NCBI GenBank assembly: GCA_965140705.1
Contig: OZ223302.1
Coordinates: 512,001 to 576,000 of the forward strand
Reading direction: 5' to 3'
DNA: 64,000 bases
Source of the DNA: an uncultured Arcobacter sp.
GTDB taxonomy: Bacteria; Campylobacterota; Campylobacteria; Campylobacterales; Arcobacteraceae
Both the position numbers and the translations under genes were made by a program. The notes under the pieces are model-generated. The model was given only the letters and a program-made list of their open reading frames with translations, ran no database searches and was not told the origin of the DNA. Below are positions 10,311-21,577 of the stretch, piece by piece. Numbering within the stretch: position 1 is the stretch's first letter; each line of letters begins with the position of its first letter.

Positions 10311-11816
10311 ATGAGAATTAATACTAACGTTGCTTCATTAAATGCACAAGAAGCAGCAACAAATACAAGAAACAAAATTACTAGTTCATTAGAAAAACTT
10401 TCTACTGGATTAAAAATCAATAAAGCATCTGATGATGCATCTGGTTTAGCAATTGCTGATAAACTAAGAACTCAAGCTAGATCTATTGGTCAAGGTATTG
10501 ACAATGGTAATTCAGCTGTTTCATTAATCCAAATTGCTGATAAATCTATGTCTGAACAATCAAATATTTTAGATACTGTTAAAGCTAAATTAATTCAAGC
10601 TAATACTGATACTACTTCTGATGATGGTAGAGAAGCTATTAGAAAAGATATTAATAAATTACTTCAACAATTAGATAATATTGCAAAACAAACTAATTAT
10701 AATGGTACTACTTTATTACAAAACGGATATAGCGATACAATTGGTTCAAGTCAATTAAATTTCCAAATTGGTGAGAATAAAGATGATATCATTCAAACTC
10801 AATCAATTCAATCAAATACATTGGGACTTGGTGGTGGAACTGAAGAACTAGAACAAACATCTGGGTTAAGTACAAGAAATAATATTATTTCTCAGAATAC
10901 TTCAATGGTTATTTCAGGAGATGGTACAAATGCAATTACAGTAGATGGACTTGCTAGTGGAACTGCTCTAAAAGTAAATGTTTCTGGGGTAACAGGAGAC
11001 CTTACATTTAATGGAGCATCTACAATTAAAGATGTTGATGCTAATACTAATTTAATTTTAGAAAAATTAGCTGCTGCTTCTGGTGGAAAAGCAGTTGAAG
11101 TTAAAGATATAAATGGAAATGTTATTGGTACATTCACTGTAAGTGGTGCTTCAAGTGGTTCAGGTATTACAAAAGTTCCTGCAACTGTCGTTAATGGAGT
11201 AGTAACTGAAGCTGCATCATATACAGTTGCATCTGGTGTAACTATTTCATTTGGTGGTGGAACTATTGATACAGTAAATACTTCTGCAACAACTACAAGT
11301 GGTGCTGCACCAGCAACACTTAATACATACAGTATTGGTTCAATGACAATTGAACAAACTTCTAGTTCAGGAAGTTTAACTGTTAGTGCAAATGCGCAAA
11401 ATTTAAATATTACAAATTTAAATAGTGCAAATGCACAAGAAATTACTGTTACAACTGCTGCAAGTGGTGGTAAAATTACTGGTGGAGCAACTCTTTCTGG
11501 ACTTAAATCTTTACAGACTGGTCAATTAACAAAAGAACAAGCTGATAAATTCCAAGGAGTAGTTGATGCTGCTATTACTCAGCTTAATACATTTAGAGCT
11601 AATTTAGGTTCTACTCAAAATCAAGTTGAATCAGGGGTTAGAAACTTAATGACTCAACAAACAAATGTAAAAGCAGCAGAATCTGTTATTAGGGATGTTG
11701 ATTATGCACAAGAATCTGCAAACTTCAACAAACAAAATATCATATCTCAAGCTGGATCGTATGCTATGAGTCAAGCAAATTCTATCCAACAAAATGTATT
11801 AAGATTATTACAATAA
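10311..11816 (+). CDS. Flagellin (copy 2)
   Basis: Same conserved termini as copy 1; SD AAGGA; Ser/Thr-rich variable domain. Confidence 0.97.
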   Translation: MRINTNVASLNAQEAATNTRNKITSSLEKLSTGLKINKASDDASGLAIADKLRTQARSIGQGIDNGNSAVSLIQIADKSMSEQSNILDTVKAKLIQANTDTTSDDGREAIRKDINKLLQQLDNIAKQTNYNGTTLLQNGYSDTIGSSQLNFQIGENKDDIIQTQSIQSNTLGLGGGTEELEQTSGLSTRNNIISQNTSMVISGDGTNAITVDGLASGTALKVNVSGVTGDLTFNGASTIKDVDANTNLILEKLAAASGGKAVEVKDINGNVIGTFTVSGASSGSGITKVPATVVNGVVTEAASYTVASGVTISFGGGTIDTVNTSATTTSGAAPATLNTYSIGSMTIEQTSSSGSLTVSANAQNLNITNLNSANAQEITVTTAASGGKITGGATLSGLKSLQTGQLTKEQADKFQGVVDAAITQLNTFRANLGSTQNQVESGVRNLMTQQTNVKAAESVIRDVDYAQESANFNKQNIISQAGSYAMSQANSIQQNVLRLLQ

Positions 11817-11836
11817 TAATTAATCTTAATCTTCTT

Positions 11837-11868
11837 AAAAGTAGTGCCCTTTGGGTACTACTTTTTTT
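11837..11868 (+). terminator. Intrinsic terminator after flagellin 2
   Basis: AAAAGTAGTGCCC-ttt-GGGTACTACTTTT hairpin with a T tail. Confidence 0.9.
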
Positions 11869-11919
11869 ATTTAAATATTAAAAAAATCTTTCTAAATTCA
11901 GCTATCTTTAGAGCTATTA

Positions 11920-11928
11920 TGATAAAAT
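11920..11928 (+). promoter_or_regulatory. Putative extended -10 promoter for the maf operon
   Basis: TGATAAAAT (TGn + TAAAAT), 55 nt upstream of the maf ATG. Confidence 0.55.
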
Positions 11929-11983
11929 ATTTATTAAAATAATACTTTTTTACTTAAGTAAAAAGATTTATATAAGGTATAAA

Positions 11984-14900
11984 ATGTCATTGGATCAAGT
12001 TCAACAATTAGCATTACAAACTTATAATGAAAATTTAAAGTTTTTTGAAGAAAATTATCCTGATTTATATAAAACTTTAGAACTTTATGCAACAGCAATT
12101 GAATTAGGAGAAGTAAATCCTCAGTTTGAACTTCAATACTTAAATACCCACTTTGATATTGTAAATCCTAAAACTAAAGAATTCTTATATATACAAAATT
12201 CAAATGAAATATCTCAAAAGATAGCTAATGACATAAGTTATGATGCTACAGTCAATAGTTTTAAAACTTATTATGAATTTTCAGTTAACGATAAAATAGC
12301 AAAAAATGCCCTTAATCAAGATATCTTAGCTCCATATACAATCGGGAATGCTCCCATAATTAATTTAGTAAATAAAAACTTATCAAATCCACAAAATGTA
12401 AAAGAGTTTCATAAATTTATAATTTTTGGTGTTTTATTAGGAATCCATATTCCTTTGATACATGAAAAACTCAATTCAAAAGTATATTTAATAATTGAAC
12501 CAAATTTGGAGTTTTTTAGACTATCTTTATTTGTAACAAACTATGCAAATCTAGCTACAAAAACAAAACTCTTTTTTTCAGTTGCCCAAAATGAGTATGA
12601 ATTTAAAAAAGTATTTGATAGTTTTTATGGTGAACTTTTTATTTATAATCATTATTTTAAATTTGTAAATATATCTTCTGGGTCAGATATGTATATGAAG
12701 GTAATCCAAAATTACTTAGTATCTCAAGGTCATTTATTATATTCTTATGATAGAACATTTTTAAGTTTAAGTAGAACAAACTCATACATTAGCCAAAATT
12801 TTAAATTATTAAATATAAAATATAAACAAAACCTCAAACCTTTTGAAAAACCTGTTCTTTTTCTTGCAGCTGGTCCCTCTCTACAATATAATATTAACTT
12901 TGTAAAAGAAAACCAAGACAAATTTACAATAATTGCGATATATGCAACCCTACCAATTCTAGAAAGAAATGGTATAAAACCAGATATCGTAACACAGTAT
13001 GATGAACAAGATACACAAGTACTTAATACCTTAGATAAACTAAATGATATAACCTATTTTAAAGATTCCATTTTCATATTTGCTTCGCATGTAAATGCAA
13101 AACTAATGAATAGTTTTCCGAAAGAAAATATTTTTATTTTCCAAGCAATGTTTGAAGTAAAAGAAAATTTTGGTTTACTCACAAGCCCAAGTATTGGTGA
13201 ACTCACCTATGCTTTATTGCTTTTATTTAGTGCTAAAAGAGTTTATCTATTAGGTCTAGATTTAGCTATGGATGTGGAATCAGGGAGTACCCATATTGAA
13301 GGTCACTCAGGTTCTGGAGCCTTTAACAAATTAAAAGATTTAGAAGAATCCTCAGATAAAAACTACTCTTTTAGAAAAAATACTATTATTGTAAAAGGTA
13401 ATTTTCTTCCAGAAGTAAAATCTGTGCCTGTATTTAAAACAAATATTGATACATTTGCCCAATTTACAGAAATGTTTAAAGACACTACACAAGAAATATA
13501 TAACTTATCTAATGGTGCATATTTAGTAGGTGCGATTCCTTTAAAAATAGAAGATATTGATTTATCAAATTTTATTGAGAAAGATCAAAGTGTATTAAAA
13601 GAAGAACTTTATAGCTCATTAGAAAATATCAGTGAAGCTGGATATAATGAAAAAGATTATGAAAGAATAAATTTAAAATTAAGTAGTGTAAAAAAAATAA
13701 AAAAACAGCTTGAACAATTTCAAAAAATAAAAAAATATAAAGATATAGAAGAGTACAATAATCAACTAATCAATGTTATTCAAAGTATTTTATTTGAAAA
13801 ACATCACTGTGAAGATCTACAATCAATACTAATAAATTATTCTTCACATAACCTTCATCACATATTTTATTTATTGGATTTAGATGATGATAAAGATAAA
13901 AAAAAGTATATTTATGAGATAAATAAAAATCTACTTACACAACTAAACAAAATAATTGATGCTTATGTGATTTGTATATCATATTCAAATGATGAAAATA
14001 GTCTTTTATTAAAAAAATTAAACAAATATTTAAAAGAGTACTCTGTAAAAAATAGTATCTACTCTGAACCATTTTTTAAAGAATTAGTTGAAACCTCACA
14101 AAGAGGTTATCAATATGATTTCAAGCCAAATTCAATTGGCTTTTTTGCAATAGAAGATAACCTTACAAATAAAGATTTTATAAATTATGTGAAAGAAGTG
14201 TTAAAAAGATTTCCAGAAGTAGAGCTAAAACTTTTCTACTTTTTTGAGTTTCAAAAAATTCAAGCACAATTTGTATTTAAACAAGAGTTAAATAAAATCG
14301 AACTTTCAATTCCAAATAATATTTCAAATATAACTTCAAGTGTAGAGATATGGCTTGAAACATACGATAATACAATAAATATAAGAAAAATAGATGACAT
14401 TATTTTAAATAACTATGAAAATATCTATAGTGTAATGTTTGATAAGAGTGAAAAAGCATTAAAAGAACTAGAAACTGAATTAATTGTACCAAAAAAGTTC
14501 ACCTTTGCTAATAATTTAAAAGAAAACTTTATCCTTTCAAATACCAGCTATTTTGAATTTGCAAATAGTCTAAAAGATGATATTGATAAAGATTTAGTCA
14601 ATGAAAAGTACCTAAAAGAACACATAGGGTTCTTTGCAATAAAAGAGAATCTTCAACAGGAGTTTGTAAATAAACTCGTAGAGATTTGTAATAAATTTCC
14701 AAATGTAAAATTTTCTGCTTTTTATTTTGATGAAGAAATTATAAAAGAGTACATAACTATCTTTGGAGCTGTAATAAATAGATTTAAATTTATTTGTCCT
14801 AAAAATATTTATGAAATTGCAGAAAATACTGAAGTTTGGGTGCAAGCTAAGATTCCTAATCAAAGTTTTTTACACAATAAGATTTATTCATTAATTAATG

Positions 14901-16213
14901 ATACTGTACATGTATATCCAATAATTTTAAAAGAAGAATATATCATTAAAGATATGTTCTCAGATAATTATTTGGAAAGTTTATTTGAAAACTATGATGA
15001 AACTATCTTTGTAAAACAACTTAATAGCAAGTTAGATGAAAAAAGGTTACAAAATACAACTCCAAAAGATGATATAGGATTCTTGGCAACAGAAGATAAT
15101 TTAGAAGATATAGAATTTATAAAATTTATGTTTATTCTTTTTGAAAAAAATTATAGCATAAGATATAAAGCATTTTACTTTAATGAAGAACAAAAAGAAT
15201 TAACTTCAACAATTTTTGAAGAATATATTCACCAAATTGATTTTATAATTCCTACAAATATTTATGATATTGTTGAAAATATATCTACATATATTTACTC
15301 TTATATAAACTACAAAAAAACTAAAACTAGCAATTATCATAAGATATGGCAAATTTTAAATGAAACAAAATCTAATTTATTTAAATTACATCTATATGAT
15401 GAAATAAATGATATATTAACATATCATAATAATATTATTTTATTTGATACTTGCAATTTAATATTTAATAATAGTATATTATTTGATTTTTTAATTGGAT
15501 ATAATCAATACAACCGTATTATTTTTAATCATAGTTTAAAACAACCTATTAATAAAGATAGACTTAAAAATACATATCTTAAAAATTCTATAAGCTTTTT
15601 ATTAACATATGAAAATTTAATAGATGCAAACTTTGTACAATATATAAAAGAATTAATACAATTATTTCCTGAAGCTATATTTAAAGGATTTTATTTTTCT
15701 AAAGAAGAAAAAGTACTTATTGATAAAACCTTCAAGGATAATAATATCGAAACCTTAATCCCTAAAAATATTTATGATATAGTTGAAAACAGTGAAATTT
15801 TTATTTTTGATTTTAATTGTAAAGAAGATAGAAGTATAATATTTACTATTGGAAAATACTGTAATAAAATATTATATTTAAATACTCATTTAAAATTAAA
15901 TTTTCGAAATAAAACTTTACTTGAATTAGATAATGATTTTAAAATAAAAAATGATAAGGTATATACAGATCCAGAAAAATTTGATTTTTCTACTGATGAA
16001 ATAAAAAACTACAGTAATAGTTATCATAAATTAGTTTATAATAAAATATTCAAAATACTAAATATTGATTTAGTTGAGATGTCTACCAATGCATTTCAAT
16101 TTCACTCAATAGATACTATTAAACTCGCATTAAAATATACTACCTATAAAGAATATATTATCAATTTAAAATGTAAAAAAATAAATTTAATAGAGACTAA
16201 TAATGAACTATGA
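11984..16213 (+). CDS. maf: Maf-family flagellin nonulosonate transferase with four C-terminal tandem repeats
   Basis: Directly after the flagellins. Has YNENLKFF N-terminus, IIFGVLLGIHI, IIEPN, FLAAGPSL and LLGLDLA (MAF_flag10/DUF115 core), plus ~700 extra C-terminal residues. Confidence 0.88.
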   Translation: MSLDQVQQLALQTYNENLKFFEENYPDLYKTLELYATAIELGEVNPQFELQYLNTHFDIVNPKTKEFLYIQNSNEISQKIANDISYDATVNSFKTYYEFSVNDKIAKNALNQDILAPYTIGNAPIINLVNKNLSNPQNVKEFHKFIIFGVLLGIHIPLIHEKLNSKVYLIIEPNLEFFRLSLFVTNYANLATKTKLFFSVAQNEYEFKKVFDSFYGELFIYNHYFKFVNISSGSDMYMKVIQNYLVSQGHLLYSYDRTFLSLSRTNSYISQNFKLLNIKYKQNLKPFEKPVLFLAAGPSLQYNINFVKENQDKFTIIAIYATLPILERNGIKPDIVTQYDEQDTQVLNTLDKLNDITYFKDSIFIFASHVNAKLMNSFPKENIFIFQAMFEVKENFGLLTSPSIGELTYALLLLFSAKRVYLLGLDLAMDVESGSTHIEGHSGSGAFNKLKDLEESSDKNYSFRKNTIIVKGNFLPEVKSVPVFKTNIDTFAQFTEMFKDTTQEIYNLSNGAYLVGAIPLKIEDIDLSNFIEKDQSVLKEELYSSLENISEAGYNEKDYERINLKLSSVKKIKKQLEQFQKIKKYKDIEEYNNQLINVIQSILFEKHHCEDLQSILINYSSHNLHHIFYLLDLDDDKDKKKYIYEINKNLLTQLNKIIDAYVICISYSNDENSLLLKKLNKYLKEYSVKNSIYSEPFFKELVETSQRGYQYDFKPNSIGFFAIEDNLTNKDFINYVKEVLKRFPEVELKLFYFFEFQKIQAQFVFKQELNKIELSIPNNISNITSSVEIWLETYDNTINIRKIDDIILNNYENIYSVMFDKSEKALKELETELIVPKKFTFANNLKENFILSNTSYFEFANSLKDDIDKDLVNEKYLKEHIGFFAIKENLQQEFVNKLVEICNKFPNVKFSAFYFDEEIIKEYITIFGAVINRFKFICPKNIYEIAENTEVWVQAKIPNQSFLHNKIYSLINDTVHVYPIILKEEYIIKDMFSDNYLESLFENYDETIFVKQLNSKLDEKRLQNTTPKDDIGFLATEDNLEDIEFIKFMFILFEKNYSIRYKAFYFNEEQKELTSTIFEEYIHQIDFIIPTNIYDIVENISTYIYSYINYKKTKTSNYHKIWQILNETKSNLFKLHLYDEINDILTYHNNIILFDTCNLIFNNSILFDFLIGYNQYNRIIFNHSLKQPINKDRLKNTYLKNSISFLLTYENLIDANFVQYIKELIQLFPEAIFKGFYFSKEEKVLIDKTFKDNNIETLIPKNIYDIVENSEIFIFDFNCKEDRSIIFTIGKYCNKILYLNTHLKLNFRNKTLLELDNDFKIKNDKVYTDPEKFDFSTDEIKNYSNSYHKLVYNKIFKILNIDLVEMSTNAFQFHSIDTIKLALKYTTYKEYIINLKCKKINLIETNNEL
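14070..15850 (+). repeat. Four protein-level tandem repeats (~150-170 aa) within maf
   Basis: I(G/S)F(F/L)...(E/D)NL...FYF...(I/C)P.NI motif starts at nt 14135, 14624, 15074 and 15590 (aa 718, 881, 1031, 1203). Outer boundaries approximate. Confidence 0.9.
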
Positions 16214-17588
16214 TCAATTCGAAAATTATAATAATGATTTAGTTTCAGCAATTACGAAACATATGAATATTTATGAAAAAAAGTATCCATATGTCTGGTA
16301 TGTTAACAATATTAATTTGAGATATGCAATTGAAAGAGAAATGTACTTTAATTTTGTTACAAAAATAGATTACTTTTATAAATTATATATTAATAAACAA
16401 GTTGATTATTCTATAAAGAAATATAAAAGCGATATATTAAAATTAATGATTGGTGAGGATATTCAACTACAAGAAATTAAACAAATCAATAAAGATAATT
16501 TTCTTAATACAAAAATATTAAAATACAAATATAAAAAACCTAAGATTCTTATATCTATAGTTTCTTTAAAGTTTTTAAAATATGCAGAAACATTTATCAA
16601 TAGAATAAAAATAGATTTTCATCTCTTATGTTTTGATAAAAATAATGAATTAATAAAATATATAGAAGAAAAAGGTTATAGGTATACTTTATTCGAAGCC
16701 TATTATGATGAATCAATTTTTCCAATGCATTTGAAAGGCTTAGTTTCTTCTGTTCTTTTACAATCACTTTTAAATAACGTATATAATATTATGCCATCAA
16801 TTATATTAAATTTTGAAGGTTGTCATATTTCAGATCAAATATTATCTGAAATTGGAAAACTTATCAAGATAAAAACTATTTGTCTGCAACATGGATATGC
16901 TCCTTTTTATCCAACTACATTTAGAAATTTTAACTATACTAAAGTACTAACTTGGGGTGAATATTTTTCTGAAGGATTTAAGCCTTACAGTAATGATACA
17001 AAATTTATTGCTGTAGGTAATCATATAATATCTACTTTTTTAAACACAAATAAAGAAGTCAAAGTTGTTTCATTCTTTGTTCAAGCTTGTAAATATTATA
17101 TTACAAAAGAATACTATGATAAATTTATTAATCTTATTATTCAAATAGCAAAAAATAACAATACTTTAAAAATAATAGTAAGAGAACATCCCTCAAATCC
17201 TATTCCTGAAAAATATATTAACATATTAAATATTGAAAAAAACATTGTGTTTATGAATAAACAAACTCATTCCATAACAGAAGTATTAGAACAAAGTGAC
17301 CTTGCAATAAGCATATCATCAGCTTCTTTAGTTGAAGCTTTGGAAATGAATATAATCCCCATATATATAAATTTGCCTAAATTAAAAATGTTTGAAAGAT
17401 TAAAGAAAAAAAATCCAAATATTCCAATGCCTAAAACTATTAAAAGTTCTGTTGAAATTATACAAAAATTAATTGATGATAAAATACATTATAATAATAT
17501 AAAAAAAGCTTTATTTAATTCTAAAACTTACTTATTTAAAGCTAATGGAGAAGAAGCAATAAAAAATATAATAAAAGAAATCAGATGA
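16203..17588 (+). CDS. Putative GT-B nonulosonate (sialyl-like) transferase
   Basis: LQHG, TWGEY, VREHP and SSASLVEA motifs resemble the HP and SS motifs of CMP-ulosonate transferases; lies between maf and neuB. Confidence 0.55.
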   Translation: MNYDQFENYNNDLVSAITKHMNIYEKKYPYVWYVNNINLRYAIEREMYFNFVTKIDYFYKLYINKQVDYSIKKYKSDILKLMIGEDIQLQEIKQINKDNFLNTKILKYKYKKPKILISIVSLKFLKYAETFINRIKIDFHLLCFDKNNELIKYIEEKGYRYTLFEAYYDESIFPMHLKGLVSSVLLQSLLNNVYNIMPSIILNFEGCHISDQILSEIGKLIKIKTICLQHGYAPFYPTTFRNFNYTKVLTWGEYFSEGFKPYSNDTKFIAVGNHIISTFLNTNKEVKVVSFFVQACKYYITKEYYDKFINLIIQIAKNNNTLKIIVREHPSNPIPEKYINILNIEKNIVFMNKQTHSITEVLEQSDLAISISSASLVEALEMNIIPIYINLPKLKMFERLKKKNPNIPMPKTIKSSVEIIQKLIDDKIHYNNIKKALFNSKTYLFKANGEEAIKNIIKEIR

Positions 17589-18628
17589 TCAATAAATACA
17601 TTACAATCAAAAATAGAAAAATTGGCTTAGATTTTCCTCCTCTTGTGATTGCAGAAATTGGAATCAATCATGAAGGAAATTTACAAACTGCTTTTGAAAT
17701 GGTTGATGCAGCATTTAGAGCAGGGGCAGAAGTTATAAAACATCAAACTCATATTGTTGAGGATGAAATGAGTCAAGAAGCAAAAAAAGTTATTCCAGGA
17801 AATGCAGATATTTCGATATATGAAATAATGGAAAGATGCGCATTAAATGAAGAAGAAGAAATAAAACTTAAAAACTATGTTGAATCAAAAGGGATGATAT
17901 TTATAAGTACACCTTTTTCAAGAGCAGCGGCAAATAGATTAGAAAAAATGAATGTCTGCGCATATAAAATAGGTTCAGGAGAATGCAATAATTATCCTTT
18001 AATTGAGCATATTGCAAAATTTGGTAAACCAATGATTATAAGTACAGGAATGAATAATATTGAATCTATTCAAAAGACAGTTACTATTTTAGAAAAATAT
18101 AATATCAACTATGCTCTGTTACATACTACAAATTTATACCCAACTCCATCTAATTTAGTTAGATTGGGAGCTATGCAAGAATTACAAAACTATTTTCCAA
18201 ATGCAATAATAGGATTATCTGACCATACCACTTCAAATTTAGCCTGTTTTGCTGCAACTGCATTAGGAGCTTCTATTTTAGAAAGACATTTTACAGATAA
18301 ATTAGATAGACCAGGTCCTGATATTATAAACTCTATGGATCCAGATTCGATAAAAGAACTTATTGAAGGAAGTGCAGAAATTGCAAAAATGAGAGGTGGG
18401 AAAAAAGAAGCTGCAAAAGAAGAACAAGTCACTATAGATTTTGCTTTTGCCACTGTTGTCACTATTAAAGACATAAAAAAAGGAGAAATATTTACAAAAG
18501 AAAATTTATGGGTAAAAAGACCAGGCACTGGAAAAATTAAAGCTGAGTTTTATAATGATATATTAGGTAAAGTTGCTTCAAAAGATATTTTATGCGATAC
18601 ACATATTAGTGAAGATGAGATTATATGA
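17585..18628 (+). CDS. neuB: N-acetylneuraminate synthase (SiaC/NeuB1 type)
   Basis: [51 protein letters not shown] and GLSDHT, with a C-terminal AFP-like domain. Closely resembles neisserial SiaC. Confidence 0.92.
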   Translation: MINKYITIKNRKIGLDFPPLVIAEIGINHEGNLQTAFEMVDAAFRAGAEVIKHQTHIVEDEMSQEAKKVIPGNADISIYEIMERCALNEEEEIKLKNYVESKGMIFISTPFSRAAANRLEKMNVCAYKIGSGECNNYPLIEHIAKFGKPMIISTGMNNIESIQKTVTILEKYNINYALLHTTNLYPTPSNLVRLGAMQELQNYFPNAIIGLSDHTTSNLACFAATALGASILERHFTDKLDRPGPDIINSMDPDSIKELIEGSAEIAKMRGGKKEAAKEEQVTIDFAFATVVTIKDIKKGEIFTKENLWVKRPGTGKIKAEFYNDILGKVASKDILCDTHISEDEII

Positions 18629-19614
18629 TAGATATATTTTCAAAAATAAAAGTTTTTAATATTAACCCTTCAAAATTAAGAAGTAAAGATTTTTATAAAA
18701 ATTTTGTAATTGATGAAAGAAATAAATTTTGGAAAAGAAGAAGTATACTTAATAAAAAAGACAAAGATAATTGTTGTTTTCTATGTGGAAATAAAAAAGA
18801 CAATAAAAAGTTTTTAAATTATAATGGCTACAAATTATTTGAATGTAATAAATGTTCTTTAATATTTGCAAATATAGAAATAAATGATAAATATAATGAA
18901 ATTGTCTATGATAATAATCAATATGAGGAAATGATAAAAAAAGAAGTACTTGAAACTTATGAATATAGAAAAAAAACTTTTGGAAAAGAAAGATTAAATT
19001 ATATTTTAAATAAATGTGATTTTGATATTAAAAATGATATTTTATTAGATTTAGGATGCGGTCCAGGATATTTTTTAAGTCATTTAAAAGATGCATATAT
19101 TAAAGCTAAGGGAATCGAGTTAACTGAATATTTAGTTGATATTTGTAAATCTCAAAATCTTGATGTAGAAAAGAAAGATATAAGTGAATTAGAAAATAAC
19201 TATTTTAAAATAATTACAATGTTTGATGTTTTAGAACATTTATCAAATCCATTGAAATTTTTTAAAACCTTAAATACTAAATTGACTTCAAATGGTTATA
19301 TAGTAATGTATACACCAAATATCAATTCCTTTGCCTTTTATTTTCAAAAAGAAAAACAAAACCTACTCTTACCTTATGAACATTTATGTTTTTATACTCT
19401 TAACTCTTTAGAATATTTAGCCAAAATTTCTAGTTTTAAAATAATCAGTATAGATTATTATGGTCTTGATATGGTCGATTATTTATCAATGAAAGAATAT
19501 GAAGATAATATTAATTATAATGAAAAATTAAAGGAAATTATTCCATACCTTCAAGCACTTATAGACTCATCCAAAATGAGCAACCATATGAGAATTATCT
19601 TTCAAAAGGATTAA
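18625..19614 (+). CDS. Class I SAM methyltransferase with N-terminal Zn-ribbon
   Basis: CFLC...[12 protein letters not shown] and FDVLEHL. Confidence 0.88.
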   Translation: MIDIFSKIKVFNINPSKLRSKDFYKNFVIDERNKFWKRRSILNKKDKDNCCFLCGNKKDNKKFLNYNGYKLFECNKCSLIFANIEINDKYNEIVYDNNQYEEMIKKEVLETYEYRKKTFGKERLNYILNKCDFDIKNDILLDLGCGPGYFLSHLKDAYIKAKGIELTEYLVDICKSQNLDVEKKDISELENNYFKIITMFDVLEHLSNPLKFFKTLNTKLTSNGYIVMYTPNINSFAFYFQKEKQNLLLPYEHLCFYTLNSLEYLAKISSFKIISIDYYGLDMVDYLSMKEYEDNINYNEKLKEIIPYLQALIDSSKMSNHMRIIFQKD

Positions 19615-19615
19615 T

Positions 19616-21577
19616 ATGAATTATTCAAAAATAGTTTATTTTTTACAGTTAAGCCATAAAAACCAGAATGCCTACCAAAATAGACATCATCCATTAGCAA
19701 TAGGTATATTATCAGAGTTTTTAAAAAGACATACATCTATTGATAACTTAAAAATTAAATTATATAAAGACCCTATTGAGCTTGAAAAGGATTTACATCA
19801 GGAACAACCAGATATTATTTTTATAAGCATTTATATGTGGAATGAAAATTTGTCTTTAAAATTTGCAGAAGCCATTAAAGAGCGTTATAATAGTCTTATT
19901 GTCATCGGTGGACCCAATATAAGTATAGAAGATAAAAAAAATAGTACATTTTTAAAGGAAAAACCATTTATTGATATTATTGTGAGAGGGGATGGAGAAA
20001 AAGTTGTTACTAATATTGTAGAAAACTTTTATACTATAGACAATATCAATAAAATAAAACAATTGACACAAGGGTACTCGTATGCCTCTATAAATTCAGA
20101 TATAGTGATTCAAGAGGGAGATGATGCTCGGCTAGGGGCAAAAGGCAATGATAAGCTTGATATTTTAGCATCTCCCTATAATACAGGAAGTATGGATAAA
20201 TTTTTTATAGATGGTTCTATTCCCCTTATTGAAACAAATAGAGGATGCCCTTTCTCGTGTACTTATTGTCAACAGGGAAATAAATATTTCTCAAAGGTCC
20301 GAAACTACTCAATGGACTATATTAAATCAGAAATAGAATACATCGCAAAAAAAATATATAAAGATAAACTCAATATAAGCATTTTAGAAATTGCTGATCC
20401 AAATTTTGCAATGTATGAAAGAGATACAGAATTTATTTTATTTATTCGACAAATGCAAGATAAGTATAACTTTCCAGAAGAGATCTGGTGCTCCACAGGA
20501 AAAAACAAAAGTGAACTGATTGTATCTAATATTAATCTTCTTAGGCCAAATAGCATTCTTATGAGGGCTGCCGTTCAATCTGTTGATGAAAATACACTAA
20601 AAGCTATTAAACGAAAAAATATTAAATTAGACACCTACTATAAAATTATGACCCAATACTCAGATAAGGGCCTTGCAACGGGTGCAGATATTATGCTTGG
20701 CCTACCTTTAGAAAATAAGCAGACACATATTAATAGCTTTTTTACCTTAATTGATAAAAATATTACTGAATTTGCATCTTTACAAACTATTCTGTTAAAA
20801 GGTACAGAGATGGAGTCACAAAACTATATTGAGGAATATAATTTAAAAACAAAGTATAGGGTTATTCCAGAATGTAATAATGAGTATACCATTAACAATA
20901 AAACTTTTTATATATGTGAATATGAAGAAATTATAATTGAAACAAACAGTTTAGATTTTTTAGATTATTTAGAATGTAGAGCCTTTAACTTTCTTGTCAT
21001 GGTCTATCATAATACAAGATTATTACAACCTGTATACAAGCTATGTGATTATTATAACATACCCAAAAGTCATATTTTAAAAGAGATTAAAATGTTAATA
21101 ACTAAAAAATATACTAATTTTACAGCGGCATTTATTGAAGACACTAAAAATGAGCTTTTAGACTCTAATAGAATGTCATTTTCACAAAATAAGATTAAAG
21201 AATTGACAAGTAATAAAATCTTTAGACATTTAGCATTAACACTGTTTCAAAATAAAAACATGGTTATAGAAGTTTTAAAAGAAGCACTTCCAAAAGTTTT
21301 TAATAAATTACTTAATCTAGATGAAGTTTTAAAGATTGTTGAATTAAGTATTATCGATATTTTTGATTCATCTCACAAAAAAATTAACTACAAAATAAAA
21401 GACCCCCATCTACAAGAAATTTTAGGTATGGAATGTGATGTTATTGTAAGAGCTGAACAAATTAATAAAATTAATTTATTAAAAAAGATTTATGATTCTG
21501 AAACTAATATTATTAATAATATTATGTATCATTTAAGGCCAAAAAACTCAGTAAAAACTTTAAGGTTTGTAAGATAA
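19616..21577 (+). CDS. Cobalamin-binding radical SAM enzyme (class B type)
   Basis: N-terminal B12-binding domain (HPLAIGIL, IYMWN, VIGGPN, GDGE). ETNRGCPFSCTYC carries the CxxxCxxC motif at 20246-20269; MLGLPLE follows. Confidence 0.9.
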   Translation: MNYSKIVYFLQLSHKNQNAYQNRHHPLAIGILSEFLKRHTSIDNLKIKLYKDPIELEKDLHQEQPDIIFISIYMWNENLSLKFAEAIKERYNSLIVIGGPNISIEDKKNSTFLKEKPFIDIIVRGDGEKVVTNIVENFYTIDNINKIKQLTQGYSYASINSDIVIQEGDDARLGAKGNDKLDILASPYNTGSMDKFFIDGSIPLIETNRGCPFSCTYCQQGNKYFSKVRNYSMDYIKSEIEYIAKKIYKDKLNISILEIADPNFAMYERDTEFILFIRQMQDKYNFPEEIWCSTGKNKSELIVSNINLLRPNSILMRAAVQSVDENTLKAIKRKNIKLDTYYKIMTQYSDKGLATGADIMLGLPLENKQTHINSFFTLIDKNITEFASLQTILLKGTEMESQNYIEEYNLKTKYRVIPECNNEYTINNKTFYICEYEEIIIETNSLDFLDYLECRAFNFLVMVYHNTRLLQPVYKLCDYYNIPKSHILKEIKMLITKKYTNFTAAFIEDTKNELLDSNRMSFSQNKIKELTSNKIFRHLALTLFQNKNMVIEVLKEALPKVFNKLLNLDEVLKIVELSIIDIFDSSHKKINYKIKDPHLQEILGMECDVIVRAEQINKINLLKKIYDSETNIINNIMYHLRPKNSVKTLRFVR

